This document shows, in pieces, positions 1 through 13,113 of a stretch of DNA of 64,000 nucleotides (position 1 is its first letter; each line of letters begins with the position of its first letter). Made by a program: the position numbers and the translations under genes. The DNA is taken from positions 18,910,001 through 18,974,000 of the forward strand of contig OX597835.1 in NCBI GenBank assembly GCA_951406725.2. The letters are read 5' to 3'. Source of the DNA: Octopus vulgaris. Taxonomy: Eukaryota. The notes below the pieces were generated by a model. The model saw only the letters and a program-made list of their open reading frames with translations. It had not been told where the DNA came from and did not search any database.

Positions 1-410
1 TTGAATGAGCCAAAAGAAATATAACCTTGAAGGAAATTGAACTGCGGTCGCAACGAGATTCGGTCTGTCGAAATACGGCGATTTTCTGATTCATCAACAC
101 ACCAAGAAAAAAGAACATACAAGGAATGATGAAATATTCCAGAGGGAATATATTGACCAATATTAACTCGTTTTAATTACAAATCAAATGAAAGAAAATT
201 TTCGTTAATCCCCCAATACATATACACATACCTACATAGATAAATATGTACATACAAATATTCATCCGCACATACGTAGTGAATTGTATATGTATGTATG
301 TATGTATGTATCTATTTATCTATTAGGATAATGACACACACACAAACACACACATATATATATATATTTATATTTATATATATATATATATGTATGTATG
401 TATATATATG

Positions 411-525
<115 letters not shown>

Positions 526-1402
526 TATATAATGGATTTATGTATGGGGACATATATGTATACAGTTAGAGGGAACGAGAGGGAAGCGAGAGAGTAATTT
601 CAAGTTACATATATTGCTTAAATGAAAATTTTACACCATGATTAATTAAGACGGGTAAATATTTCCGTAGAGATGGTTGTTGACACAAATTTTGTTTATC
701 AATGTAAATATTGTAGACGTAAAACTTGTTATGCGATGTGATATGAGGCGAGCAAGCGATGATGCGATATGTGGGTGGTGCGAACGGATGCAATCTTTTA
801 AATGATAAATAAAAGCGGAAAAGCATCTCCAATCATTGTCAGTTGATTTAAAGAGTATCTCTATTAGTTTGGTTGTATCTATAATTAAAGTCCGAAAGAA
901 AATAAACATACGTATATAAATACAAGAATATATGTACACACACATATATAAAAACGTATGCACACATACAAAGACATATATACACACCCACAAACACACA
1001 CACTCAATTATATATAGGGAGGCCCACATGAAAAACCATAGAATGCAAATAAGAAAAGCGTCCAAATATATACCTTTCATACAATCGTCTGGGGAATCGA
1101 GTTAAATCGAAACTTCTTTCTATTGAAGATGAAAAGGTGTAAGCTGTATACATAACATTAAATAAACGATGTTCTGTTACAGACGTAAATATATGTATGT
1201 GTGTGTGTGTGTTTGTGTGTGTGAGTTTTTTCCCCGCGTCTGTTTGTGCATATGTGTGTGTGAGTGTGTATGTATGTATATCTGGTTGTTCCTTGCTTCT
1301 CTGAGACGGCGTGTGTGTGGTTTGCATGTATATACCTATATGTATATATATATATATATATATATACGTATATCATATATATTTATACGTATAACATATA
1401 TT

Positions 1403-1462
<60 letters not shown>

Positions 1463-1476
1463 CATATATATCTACA

Positions 1477-1529
<53 letters not shown>

Positions 1530-1620
1530 TTGTTAAAGATGACAGTAAGCGTTGAGGCAAGGCAAACATCTCATATACATTATTATTATATACATTATTA
1601 TTATTGGAAAAATATTCAAA

Positions 1621-1676
1621 ATCTTACAGCAGTTTCTGGGATATCCCAGCCTATGGGATATTCCCTCATCGGATAC
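1621..1676 (-). ncRNA. Degenerate type I hammerhead ribozyme motif
   Basis: Minus strand reads GTAT-CCGATGA-GGGAATATCCCA tagGC TGGGATATCCC-A-GAAA-CTGCTG-TA-AGAT. Long helix II, GAAA and a GUA site are present. Helix III is one change from the CAGCTG palindrome; helix I has a mismatch. Confidence 0.55.
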
Positions 1677-2208
1677 ATATAGGGAAAATGAGAATGGTAT
1701 AGTTAATGAAATGAGGACATTGAGAACATGAGTAAAGGAATACGGATATGAAGAAAAGAGTAGCATAAAAGTCGGCAGCTCAAATTTTCGGTTTTGTAGA
1801 AATAAGTCCTTACGTCCTTAGCTGCAATCCCGCGTAAATCCATGAAGGTTCAAGTACTTATATTGTAATGTCCAGAAAAAAGAAGCGAACATGTCAACGT
1901 TCAATAATAGAATATAGTAAACGGAGGTGGGTATTAAGGGGCAAAAACAATGAAAAGTAAATAAATAGAAAGAAGCAGAAAGAATGAGTGAGGAAGTTAA
2001 AGATTGGCGTCAAGGGTATGGCAAGGTATATAAAAAAATATAGTGTCTAAATTATAGCGTACAAAGATAGCCAAGAAGGTAAACGAGTGGCGGACAATGT
2101 AGAGGAAGATAACGTAAAAAAAGATAACAAAATATAAAATAGAGAAAAAAAAATGCGATTTAAAGAGAATAGTAAGTCCGAGTGGTATTATTTTTGTCTA
2201 TATGGGTA

Positions 2209-2251
<43 letters not shown>

Positions 2252-2358
2252 GTATGTATGTGTAAATATATACTTTTACACAAACGCACACACACACACA
2301 CAAACATATATATATGTATAAGTATATATATGCATATATATGTATATATATTTAATTT

Positions 2359-2417
<59 letters not shown>

Positions 2418-2435
2418 ACATATACATATATATAT

Positions 2436-2660
2436 CGGAGTAAACACATAAATGTGAAACAAGGTGGGAAAAAAAGAGTACTCAAATACCAGTGGTAGAG
2501 TAAGATGCTTTATTTAAAGCAGCAGAAAATTCAACAAAACCTGTTACTCTGAGTTTCACGTTGCCGTTCATCGGTCAGTTTTTGCAAAACTGTCCCATGT
2601 ACGGCAACGTGAAACTCAGAGTAACAGGTTTTGTTGAATTTTCTGCTGCTTTAAATAAAG
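2436..2660. mobile_element. Penelope-like/retrozyme-type relic containing a 153-bp fold-back palindrome (2508-2660) of two head-to-head HHR copies
   Basis: 2508-2584 is the reverse complement of 2585-2660 with 3 mismatches and 1 indel near the apex. Consensus arm: AAAACTGT-CCGATGA-ACG GCAA CGT-GAAA-CTCAGAG-TA-ACAGGTTTT. Flanked by (TA)-rich tracts. Confidence 0.7.
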
Positions 2661-2689
2661 TATACATATATATATATACCTACATATAC

Positions 2690-2733
<44 letters not shown>

Positions 2734-2888
2734 ATATATATATATATATGTGAAAAAAAGAACGAAAATGCTACGTTTTTAAAAATTAGGTACATTTAAA
2801 TTTCTTTACATAATTACATTAAAAATTAATTTTACAGAACATAGATGAATTAAGAAATGAATTCAAGCGCAGGTTTTATTCAAATCAT

Positions 2889-2983
2889 TTATTCATCCAA
2901 CATGTTTCGAAGAACGCTTTGAGATTATTTTGGAGGAATGAAAATGATGTAAAACGATGCAATCATCTCATCAGGAAAATAAA
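2889..2983 (-). ncRNA. Type I hammerhead motif with long helix II insert (pLTR-like, followed by AATAAA)
   Basis: Minus strand: TTATTTTC-CTGATGA-GA...TTC-GAAA-CATG-TT-GGATGAATAAA. Palindromic ACATGT helix III; helices I and II are weak. Confidence 0.5.
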
Positions 2984-3502
2984 GAGACAAGACATATCAA
3001 TAAGCCGTTTAAAGAACGCGTTTATCGTTGTAAACATTGGAAAAAAAGATACCTTTAATTCCTATAAGCAATTTCTACCAATCTATAACATTCGACATTT
3101 AACTGTCTTCTTCCGTTTCATTTCTACTACATACATCTATTCCCACTCTTTTAATATTTTTTCCCATTCATCTGTCACACTATATTACGCCACTCTTGCG
3201 GTTATATTAGTTTCTTTGTTTCTCCAACTTCTCGTTCCCTAAATTAACCTTGTCGTTAAATCTATTAACGATTTTAAAAAGCATAACATGCCAGCGTTAC
3301 CCTTCAGCATATACGCGGTAATCACATTCGTTTAAAATGCCTTATCGACGTGTTTTGTTTCTCTTTTTTCCCCCGAAGAGATGATTGTATTGTTTTTCAT
3401 CCTGTTTATTCCCACCGGGATAATCTTAGTACTTTCTTCGAAACATATGATGGAATTATAAATAATTTGAATAACACCTGCAATTTACTCTATTTCTTTA
3501 TA

Positions 3503-3580
<78 letters not shown>

Positions 3581-3581
<1 letters not shown>

Positions 3582-3795
3582 TCAAAATGTGATCGCGTGT
3601 GTACCGTTGGCGATTTTTTTCCTCCGTCTTCCCTTCTCTGGATCTTTCCTTTTCCTATGTTTCTGACGAAGAGCTCCGCTCGAAACGTAAAACCCTCCTT
3701 CTTCCCTTCCTTCCTGAGCGTTCAATAATACTATATTTGCTCCACGTTCTCGCATTGTGGTGTTTTCTCTTTGTGTTTTCATGTTTGGATTAACT
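3581..3795 (+). mobile_element. ~215-bp non-autonomous HHR-carrying element (family H1) between (TA)n tracts
   Basis: Homologous over its full length to 31527-31742 (minus strand). Contains the HHR at 3659-3693. Confidence 0.8.
3659..3693 (+). ncRNA. Minimal type I hammerhead ribozyme
   Basis: GTTT-CTGACGA-A-GAGC tcc GCTC-GAAA-CG-TA-AAAC. Helix I GUUU/AAAC, helix II GAGC/GCUC, palindromic ACGU helix III, one extra A after the core. Confidence 0.75.
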
Positions 3796-3803
3796 TTATA
3801 TAT

Positions 3804-3866
<63 letters not shown>

Positions 3867-5444
3867 ATTTTAAAATAAACATAGCGTTACTGAGAAAAGT
3901 AATTCTTTATACATATATATATTGTACTTATTTCACATAAAGAATTTCGATGGATTCCATACTGTATTCCCTGTAAATAGAGAGTCAGTAAGGTTAAGAG
4001 TGCGCATTGGCTTTAGACAACCATCAATTTCTCCACAGTGCAATATGAATCAACTTTGGAAAGGCTTTTGCGAGATTAAAACGAAACAAAAGAAAAAAGA
4101 AACTGATTACAACGGAGTCAGTATTGTATAATGTCCTCTTGGAAATTCTTGACACTGATATATGCAACTGAATCTGCGCTGAGACTCTATTTCAAAGAGG
4201 GGATACGTGAGTTCGCAGACATTACAATAAAGTTAAATTTTACAAAGAAAATATGATAAAATATTTGCAGTCCGTCTTAACCTTTGTTCTTTTGCAATCT
4301 GTATTGCATTTTTGTAACTTTTTGGAACTAATTGGTTAATGAACACATTTGCAATCTTTGTGGTTACGAAGAAAGCCATTGCACTTTCAACATGCTTATA
4401 ACCTCAACTAGTAAACCACCGTTTCATGCGATGTTCTATTTCATGTCTTCTATTGCCTCACTCACTTGGTAATGTAGAAGCTTTTGTGTAAAGCTCTCGA
4501 AAACGTTGTTTGATTTGTGATAAATACCTGTGAAATTCTCTGTTTTCCACTTGAGAAAAGCTTCCGTGTGACTGATTAAAGGCAATCCACGTTTGATAAG
4601 AGGGGAGGAGTAGTTGAGTGACAAGGATCAATTATAGTTAACAGGTTTTAACAAGTACTTAATTGATTCCGAGCCTTTCTTTGTTGAAGGCAAGGTGAAT
4701 ATCCGTTCATGTGCTGAACAACCACGCTTTCAATGTCGTTAATTCTCACTGTAACTCTCGTTTAGGCCTTCTGACAATATACCTGTCTTCAAATATTTAT
4801 TCGCAGCGAAATTAATATCAAGCCGTTTGTGGCCTCATTCATGTTTGATCCCCAGATATCAATGTCACGGTGAATATCTCTATAGAACTATCGGTGATTG
4901 GATTGGCAGTGACGGTAGAAACTCTGCGACAGTCTAAGAGAAATATATTTAGATAATAATAAACTGTATCCGTATTTGTCCTAAATTTGCGTTAATATTA
5001 ATCCTAACTGAAACGAAGTCTTTCCGTACATATGTACATTTTGACCATGAGTGAGTCCTGATTCATTTCTGTTGAGAGAAGGCTCAATGCGCTGGAATCC
5101 TTTGATTCGATTGTATATCACGTTACCTTGGTCTTCAAAGATACATCTAAAATCCTCAAAAACAATTTCAGAACTGACAATGCATAAATTGGATCCGTGC
5201 CACTTGAGAGAGAAATATGATGAATAAATAACAATTGCATCTATAACAATTGCCTAGGTACATCCCTATCATACAAGTATAAGATACGCATATTGGGGTC
5301 ACTTCATAATGCTCGCGTATATTAAACAATACAACATCAGTTAACTGTGACAAAAAAATTAAAACAAACTCTGAGCTTGCTACGTATCAGACGGTCCGCA
5401 ACACAAATACACCATTGAAAAGAAAGCAGTTATGGACAAAATTG

Positions 5445-5514
5445 ATTTAGCTACTACTCTGTGCGTATATATAGATACATACAAAAAAATTCACACACAT
5501 ACAGACACACACAG

Positions 5515-5556
<42 letters not shown>

Positions 5557-5611
5557 ACCCAGAAACAAGGAGGTAGCGTAAACATAAATCATAAATTACA
5601 AGTGGAAACAT
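5445..5611 (+). repeat. Source copy of a ~170-bp local duplication (second copy 6728-6907)
   Basis: ATTTAGCTACTACTCTGT...CAGAAACAAGGAGGTAGCGTAAACATAAATCATAAATTACAAGTGGAAACAT is present at both sites. Confidence 0.9.
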
Positions 5612-5712
5612 CAAATGTACCGAAATACCTGAAAAAATAAAATCTTGATAATCTTACATTTTTACCACTCATGAAATAGCAATAAAGATTGTCATAACAA
5701 AGTGTTCTTGTC

Positions 5713-5816
<104 letters not shown>

Positions 5817-5839
5817 TACACCCACACACATATATATAT

Positions 5840-5908
<69 letters not shown>

Positions 5909-6384
5909 CATATATTCGTATATACATACATTTACCTGTGTGTGTTTGTACTTATGATTTATTACGGTATATATTTTTATCATATCAAATTTCAAGAAGT
6001 AAATATATGGACTATTATTTTACGAACCATTTCTAATCTGATTACCAGTTCGTACGGAATGAACGAGAAATATCAATGTTTTTGTCTAGAAAACTGCTTT
6101 TCCTCCCTCCACTTTACATTACTGTTCCTTAGTATCATTTCATCTTGGTTTAACATTGCTATTTCGTCCGTCAACAGTTATAATTATCTACCTCTCATGA
6201 CAGATCCAGAGTACGAATGCGCGTTTCAGTGCATAGTACATTGGTAATATTTGGTGCTGGGTTCGAATATCTTACACAGCAATTTTAACTGAGTGTCTCT
6301 CAATAACCTCTAGTTGACAATGAATGTCTTCCGAGCGAAATACCATAAACAGAGGCCCATTGGAGATTCCGTACTAGTAGCATT

Positions 6385-6583
6385 TGTCTCTTATCTTATT
6401 CTTGTTTCAGTCATTTCCACATGGCCATGCTGGTGCACTGCTTTGGACAATTTTAATTGAAGAAATCCACCCCAGAGATATTTTAAGTTTAGTACTCATA
6501 TTCTCGGTATCTTTTTCCTTACCGTTAATTTACGGGAATGTAAATACACCAAAGACGGTGTGGGGAAAAACACAGATACAAAG

Positions 6584-6677
<94 letters not shown>

Positions 6678-7076
6678 TATGTTTTCCAGTTTCAGCTCTT
6701 GAGCTGTGGCCATGCTGGGGCACCGCCATTTAGCTACTACTCTGTACGTATATATAGATACATACAAATAAATTCACACACATACAGACACACACACACA
6801 CAACTCCAACTCACACACATATACACACACATACACACACACACACATACACACACAGAAACAAGGAGGTAGCGTAAACATAAATCATAAATTACAAGTG
6901 GAAACATATATACATATATATATATATATATAACAGCTTCCGCCTACCAAATCCACTCACAAGGTTTTGGTCGACCCGAGGCTATAGCAGAAGGCTCTTG
7001 CCTAAGATGCCACGCAGTCTGACTGAACCCGGAACCATGTGGTTCGGAAGCAAGCTTCTTACCATAAAAGCATGCC
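6385..7076 (-). mobile_element. Diverged family-A tRNA-SINE, interrupted by a CR1-type tail fragment (6689-6727) and the local duplicate (6728-6907)
   Basis: The tail part (6385-6590) and head part (6935-7076) match the full copies at 12340 and 33283. Confidence 0.7.
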
Positions 7077-7703
7077 TTGCTTAAAAATTATGTCTCCTTA
7101 TTAAGCCCGACTACCTGGCACGTGAGCACGTGTAGCGCATTTCACGTTTTCATGCAAGATGTGCGGATTGTGGATATATTCATTCTTCCCATTAATCTAG
7201 GAGTCATGAGAAGTCATACACTCTCTAACATTTCTACTGAGATTGAGTGATGGATAAAATCTGAATTCATAACAATACTGAACGCATTCATTTCGTTGTG
7301 CAATGCAATCAGTTCAAGATTACTAATTTCATTTTAATCAAAACTAATATTCAACTAAACTCTAAATCTTTTGTATTAGCGAAGGCAAGTTCATGATTAT
7401 TTTGCGTAATAAGATTCCAATAATTTGATCTCGTTGTCACTATCGATGTTCCAAATCGTTAATATCTGTCTGATTGTGAATTTGATGAAATTTCTACATC
7501 GGGTTTTTTAACCCTCATTGCTTTCTTGACTAGGATAGAATTAATTAGGAAAATACATGCTTTCTTTCGATATATTAAGACTACTCCGAGCGGTTAGCCT
7601 TAATTGAGGAATATTTTGTTGTCTTATTTCATCTAGTTTTCTGGCACCCACTTGACCATTCACTTTCCAATTGCACTGATGATAACATTACCCAAGCATT
7701 TAT

Positions 7704-7769
<66 letters not shown>

Positions 7770-8130
7770 AACACACATTAATTATTATGGTGGTTGTCCG
7801 CAATTTACAACCGAAAAGCAACTAGTACAGTCGTCAATAAACTGACGGAAGGCACTAGTGAACACCATCATTGATAGACATAAGATTCAAAATAAAAATT
7901 TTGCCACGTGAGAACACTTTTCTAACGACTGACAAGGAAGATTGTCTCCCTCTCTCACGTCAGTTGCTACAAAAGTTTTCTCACGCCGCTAAGACTTGTT
8001 CTGACTCTTATTTCTAGCAATGCCGGTATCCAGTAGCACCTTCCGTCATATTAATGACTAATATATATGAGACAACAAAAACAAGCAGAATGAAATTTCT
8101 AGGACATTTATAAAGAGAAAGGTGTTACAA

Positions 8131-8235
8131 GTTCAACAGCTGCTTGGGAGGCTCAGAAATCCATCTCAATACGTGGCCGTAGTGGATATAATATAATCAA
8201 CATTGGATGAGATAAGCCTCCGTCATCAGAGTAGA
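8131..8235 (-). ncRNA. Decayed hammerhead motif
   Basis: Minus strand: CTGATGA-C-GGAGGCTT ATCTCA...TGAGAT..GAGCCTCC-CAAG-CAGCTG-TT. Helix II and the CAGCTG palindrome are intact; GAAA has become CAAG. Confidence 0.45.
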
Positions 8236-8454
8236 CTAGATCTTACACTTCAGATCTTAATGCAGTGAAGTTCGAAGATGGAACGAGTAGTCTATGTATT
8301 TATTTACCCTAAAAAGATATAGATATTTACAATGAATAGTTAGATAGTATTTTCGCAGTTTCCGCTTGCTCGACTTTGATAACGTTAAAAAAAAGCCGAA
8401 TATTCGGGTTACTGCGAAGTATCTTTTAGTCAAAACTTATATGTACGTATATAA

Positions 8455-8481
8455 ATAACTATATATATATGTATATTTATA

Positions 8482-8552
<71 letters not shown>

Positions 8553-8633
8553 GTATATAACTATATATATATATATATGTATATAACTATATATATATAT
8601 ATATGTATATAACTATATATATATATATGTATA

Positions 8634-8677
<44 letters not shown>

Positions 8678-8762
8678 ACTATATATATATATGTATATAA
8701 CTATATATATATATATATGTATATAACTATATATATATATATATATATAACTATATATATAG
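8455..8762. repeat. Compound microsatellite, (TA)n punctuated by GTATATAAC units
   Basis: Repeated TATATATATATATATGTATATAAC-like units. Confidence 0.9.
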
Positions 8763-9282
8763 GCATTATTAAATCTCATATATGTATATATATATACTTA
8801 CACGCACGCACACATACATACATATATACATATATACATACGTATATATATATATGTACATATATATGTGCACACATACGTATGATTATTCATATGTGAA
8901 TATCAAGGTGAACTCACTCTGTTCTATCACGAGTTTACATTTGTAATTTATCAAATTACATTCCCCAATGTATATTTGCTTACGCTCTTATATACTATAT
9001 GAACGTATATCAAACTACCATAATCAAGCGTTGTAAGTTAATGAAACATTTTTCATACGTTTAATATAGATCTAAGTGTCAAAAACATTAAAGCAGGAAA
9101 TTAGTAAATTGCTTATCCTTTTCACCTGGTAATGACATTATGCTTTTAAAGTCTCTTTCATTGTATTTGCATCACCTGAACACACATACACAACAGAAGA
9201 AGTATGGCTCTATGGAAAAGATAAAAACCAAAGCGTGTTTTAACTACCTACTCCGATATAAAAGTATGTTTTATGGTAAATC

Positions 9283-9339
<57 letters not shown>

Positions 9340-9612
9340 CTGTTTCTACTTCAAATGTCTTGAAGTGTAGAGAGAGATATATATATAAAGAGAGAGATAG
9401 AGAGAGGTAGATAGGGAGAAAGAGAGAGCTATAAATAAAAGTATGTAAATATCAGGTGGGGCCCCACGATCAGGCCTCATAATTGTGCCTCCAAATTTTT
9501 TTTCAATCAAACGTTTATATGCCATTGTTTACAGCTTTAGTTGCATGTTTCGCGATATTCGCAAAAATTATTTCATCTTCTTTCGACAGTTTATAAAATT
9601 TTCATGAGACTG

Positions 9613-9707
<95 letters not shown>

Positions 9708-9746
9708 CTATCTATCTACCTACATATCTCTCTATCTATCTCTCTC

Positions 9747-10700
9747 AGCATGGACGGACGCTAGTCAAATGGGCTCCACGTAAGTTGGCAAATTTTACAT
9801 GTTTAAAACTCCTTATTGTGAAATATTTTGTCTTTAAACGTTGTGCAACATCATTCGCTAAAAACCTGAGAATTATTCACGTAGAATTCCGCCCCGGTAT
9901 GGGCGAAATTACCAAAAGTTTCAAAACTTTCATGGTTTCTTTTTAGCCATTTTCTATTTTGAAAATGGCGACTGGAAACAACGTGGCTAGCGCGCAAGTC
10001 ATGCGGAACGCAACAATTTCCGACCTGTGGGCTTATGTCGAACGACTGCTGTCACGTGTGGGACGAGTCGGTTTATCCTCCGAGTCTATCGTCAATGTTG
10101 TCACGCCTCCTTCCTTCAAACGGGAAGGAAGAGCTATTTTCATCATTCTTGTGGCTATGGGGAAAGAATGTATCTGGTCGACGCGTATGAAGGGATTGGA
10201 GACAAACACTTTCCCCTCTGGTCAATCTGTCATCAAGTTCTTCAAGTATGACTTGAAAAGGAAAATGAGAGTAGAGAGGCATGATTTGTCTAGCGAATGT
10301 CTCAAAAACAGATGGGTGAATGTAGCAAGGACGACACGTATGAATGACGAAGCCACCTTGAGCATAATCCTATGAACCCGGAAAAAATTGAAACAGAAGG
10401 TTACCTACTTGCAAACAAATGTGTTAATATGTGATGTTATTGACCTAGGATACCGTGGTCTTTTCCTGGGCTTTTCTTTCCATGGATAGACATTATCTGC
10501 TTCCCCCTTTACACTTTCCATCATGACATTTCTGTGATACACGATCCCTATTGATAATTTTTTCTTCTTTTTTTCCTCCTTTTATGATCTCATTTGGTCG
10601 AAAACCTACCTCACTTTTTTTTCTTTTCTCCCCAAAAATAAAAGCTCTATTGTGTAATCTCTCCCGTCTGTATGAAGCCCTGTGTGGCTAATAAAGAAAC
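9747..10700 (+). mobile_element. Internally deleted Tx1/L1-clade-like non-LTR element inserted in (TATC)n
   Basis: ORF 9959-10375 carries ISDLWAYVE...ECIWSTR.KG....F.....IKFFKY.LKRKMRVE.....CLKNRW, resembling the post-RT C-terminus of Tx1-type ORF2. It is fused to a short MATGNNVAS N-terminus. The 3' UTR ends AATAAAGAAAC, and (TATC)n flanks both sides. Confidence 0.6.
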
Positions 10701-12339
10701 ATATCTATCTATCTGTCTGTCTGTCTATCTACTTATCTATCTATCTATCTAGCTAGCTAGCTATCTATCTATCTGTCTATCTATCTATCTATCTATCTGT
10801 CTATCTATCTATCTATCTCTATCTATCAATCTTTCTATCTATCTATTTATCTATCAATCTATCTATCTATATCTCTCTCTCTATCTCTCTATCTATCTAC
10901 CTATCTGTTTATCAACGTTCATGCATTACGTTTATGTGGCAGTCGCACGAGATGATCACGTAAAAGCTTTTCTCGATTGATTATGTCGTGACGGTTAGAG
11001 CAGTGAGATATGAATGATTCTCTATAGGCTTGTTTAGGTAAAAGTGTTACAGAAAATTATTGTTTATTTTTCTCTCAAACAATGCTGTTATCATTTAGTG
11101 CTTGTTACCTGTCATAGAATATGTTAAAACTTATCTCTTTTTTGTTAACAACGTTGTGGGTATGTAAGATAAAGAGGTCTGGAGTAAATAAGATAAATAG
11201 TTGCTGTATGATTTCAGTTTTCTTAAGAACGAGCTCAATTATTCTACAATAATTAATTCATAGAATTTTTATTCTAATCATCCACACTGGAGACAATTGT
11301 TCTGATTCTTCTAGTTAGGTTAAATTGCAGATATGATTTGGTATGTCTCAGTAAATTTATATGCATGTTAAGGTATAAGCGAAAAGATTATATGATAAAA
11401 CGGAAGGTTGTAAGCCATGTCATGGCTTATTATATTTCGGATACGAAAAGTCGTTTATGCAATTCAGAAATTTTTCAAATAAAATCTAAACAGAAATTAT
11501 TGAATTCTCGAAAAGAAATTAATTCACCTCGTTGCCACCACTCAGTATATATATATATATATGTAGAAAGTTTAATTAATTGGTAGATTAATATTTAACT
11601 GAAAATGTTTAGTATACACATGTTACCACTGCTCCTAATTTGTTTTTAGACGTGAAAATTATCAGTATAAATAAGATATAAGTAGCAATAATTAAAGCAT
11701 ATAACATCTAAACGTTAACTGATCGGCTTGGGAAAGATTCGTATTTTATTTGTCGTGATTAATCTAAATATAATTTTAGAAAATTAGATAAAGTTATTAA
11801 ATAGATAATAAACATAAGCAAACACTAAACTATTCTTATTTGTTATGATCAACCTAGATATAACGTACAAAATTAAATAAGAATATTAAACAGATATTAA
11901 ATTCAACTTAACATTAAAATACAAAATTAATATAACAACTATGGCTTAATTTAAAAATCAAATATAAATTAAAATAATTGGAAATAAATATAAATAACAG
12001 ATACTATAATGCTTGAATTTCATTTCAATTATAATATAAAATATGAAATTTTACTATCTGTCGGATGATATAACTATTTTTTAATCCAAGTAGGAGTATT
12101 AGCCATGCATGGGTACTAGCGTAAATAGACATAATATATAATTAATTACATTATGTGATATTTAAATATATTCTTAATAATAGTAATAATAATCCCTGAG
12201 CATTGGCATTCACTGAACAAATATTTGGCATTGGTAAACAGTACGATAGACATTTTAGAAAGATATAAATAAGAAAATATGTATAATTAGTATACCTTAA
12301 TATAACTGTACTTACAAAACTAACATAAGTTGGATATAT

Positions 12340-12752
12340 CTCTTTTTACTCTTTTACTCTTTTACTTGTTTCAGTCATTTGACTGCGGCCATGCTGGAGC
12401 ACCGCCTTTAGTCGAGCAACTCGACCACGGGACTTATTCTTTGTAAGCCCAGTACTTATTCTATCGGTCTCTTTTGCCGAACCGCTAAGTGACGGGGACG
12501 TAAACACACCAGCATCGGTTGTCAAGCAATGCTAGGGTGACAAACACAGACACACAAACACACACACACATATATATATACATATATACGACAGGCTTCT
12601 TTCAGTTTCCGTCTACCAAATCCACTCACAAGGCATTGGTCGGGCCGGGGCTATAGTAGAAGACACTTGCCCAAGATGCCACGCAGTGGGACTGAACCCG
12701 GAACCATGTGGTTGTTTAGCAAGCTACTTACCACACAGCCACTCCTGCGCCT
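12340..12752 (-). mobile_element. Full-length family-A tRNA-derived SINE with CR1-type 3' tail
   Basis: Minus strand: A box TGGCTGTGTGG, B box GGTTCAGTCCC, internal (TA)/(TG) tract, tail GGTGCTCCAGCATGGCCGCAGTCAAATGACTGAAAC+(GAGTAAAA)n. Several copies occur in the window. Confidence 0.9.
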
Positions 12753-12961
12753 ATCATAATATAATCATAAATAACATTTACTATGTTATGTTATATCATA
12801 CAATATTTAATTGCCAGTTTAATAGCGATAGTAATAGTAAAATCCAGTATTGACATCTATTAATTAATCGTATAACATTATATATTTTAATTTCGATACA
12901 AATACTATATAGATATATATCTTTATATATATATATGTCTGTGTGTGCATATCTTTCGAAC

Positions 12962-13043
<82 letters not shown>

Positions 13044-13046
13044 TTA

Positions 13047-13111
<65 letters not shown>

Positions 13112-13113
<2 letters not shown>

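Noticed and set aside
4250-5000. Minus-strand peptides NGGLLVEV (LINE ORF1-like) and DIWGSN..NG (endonuclease-like)
   Set aside because: The motifs are short, interrupted by stops and in the wrong order for one element; this cannot be supported without a search.
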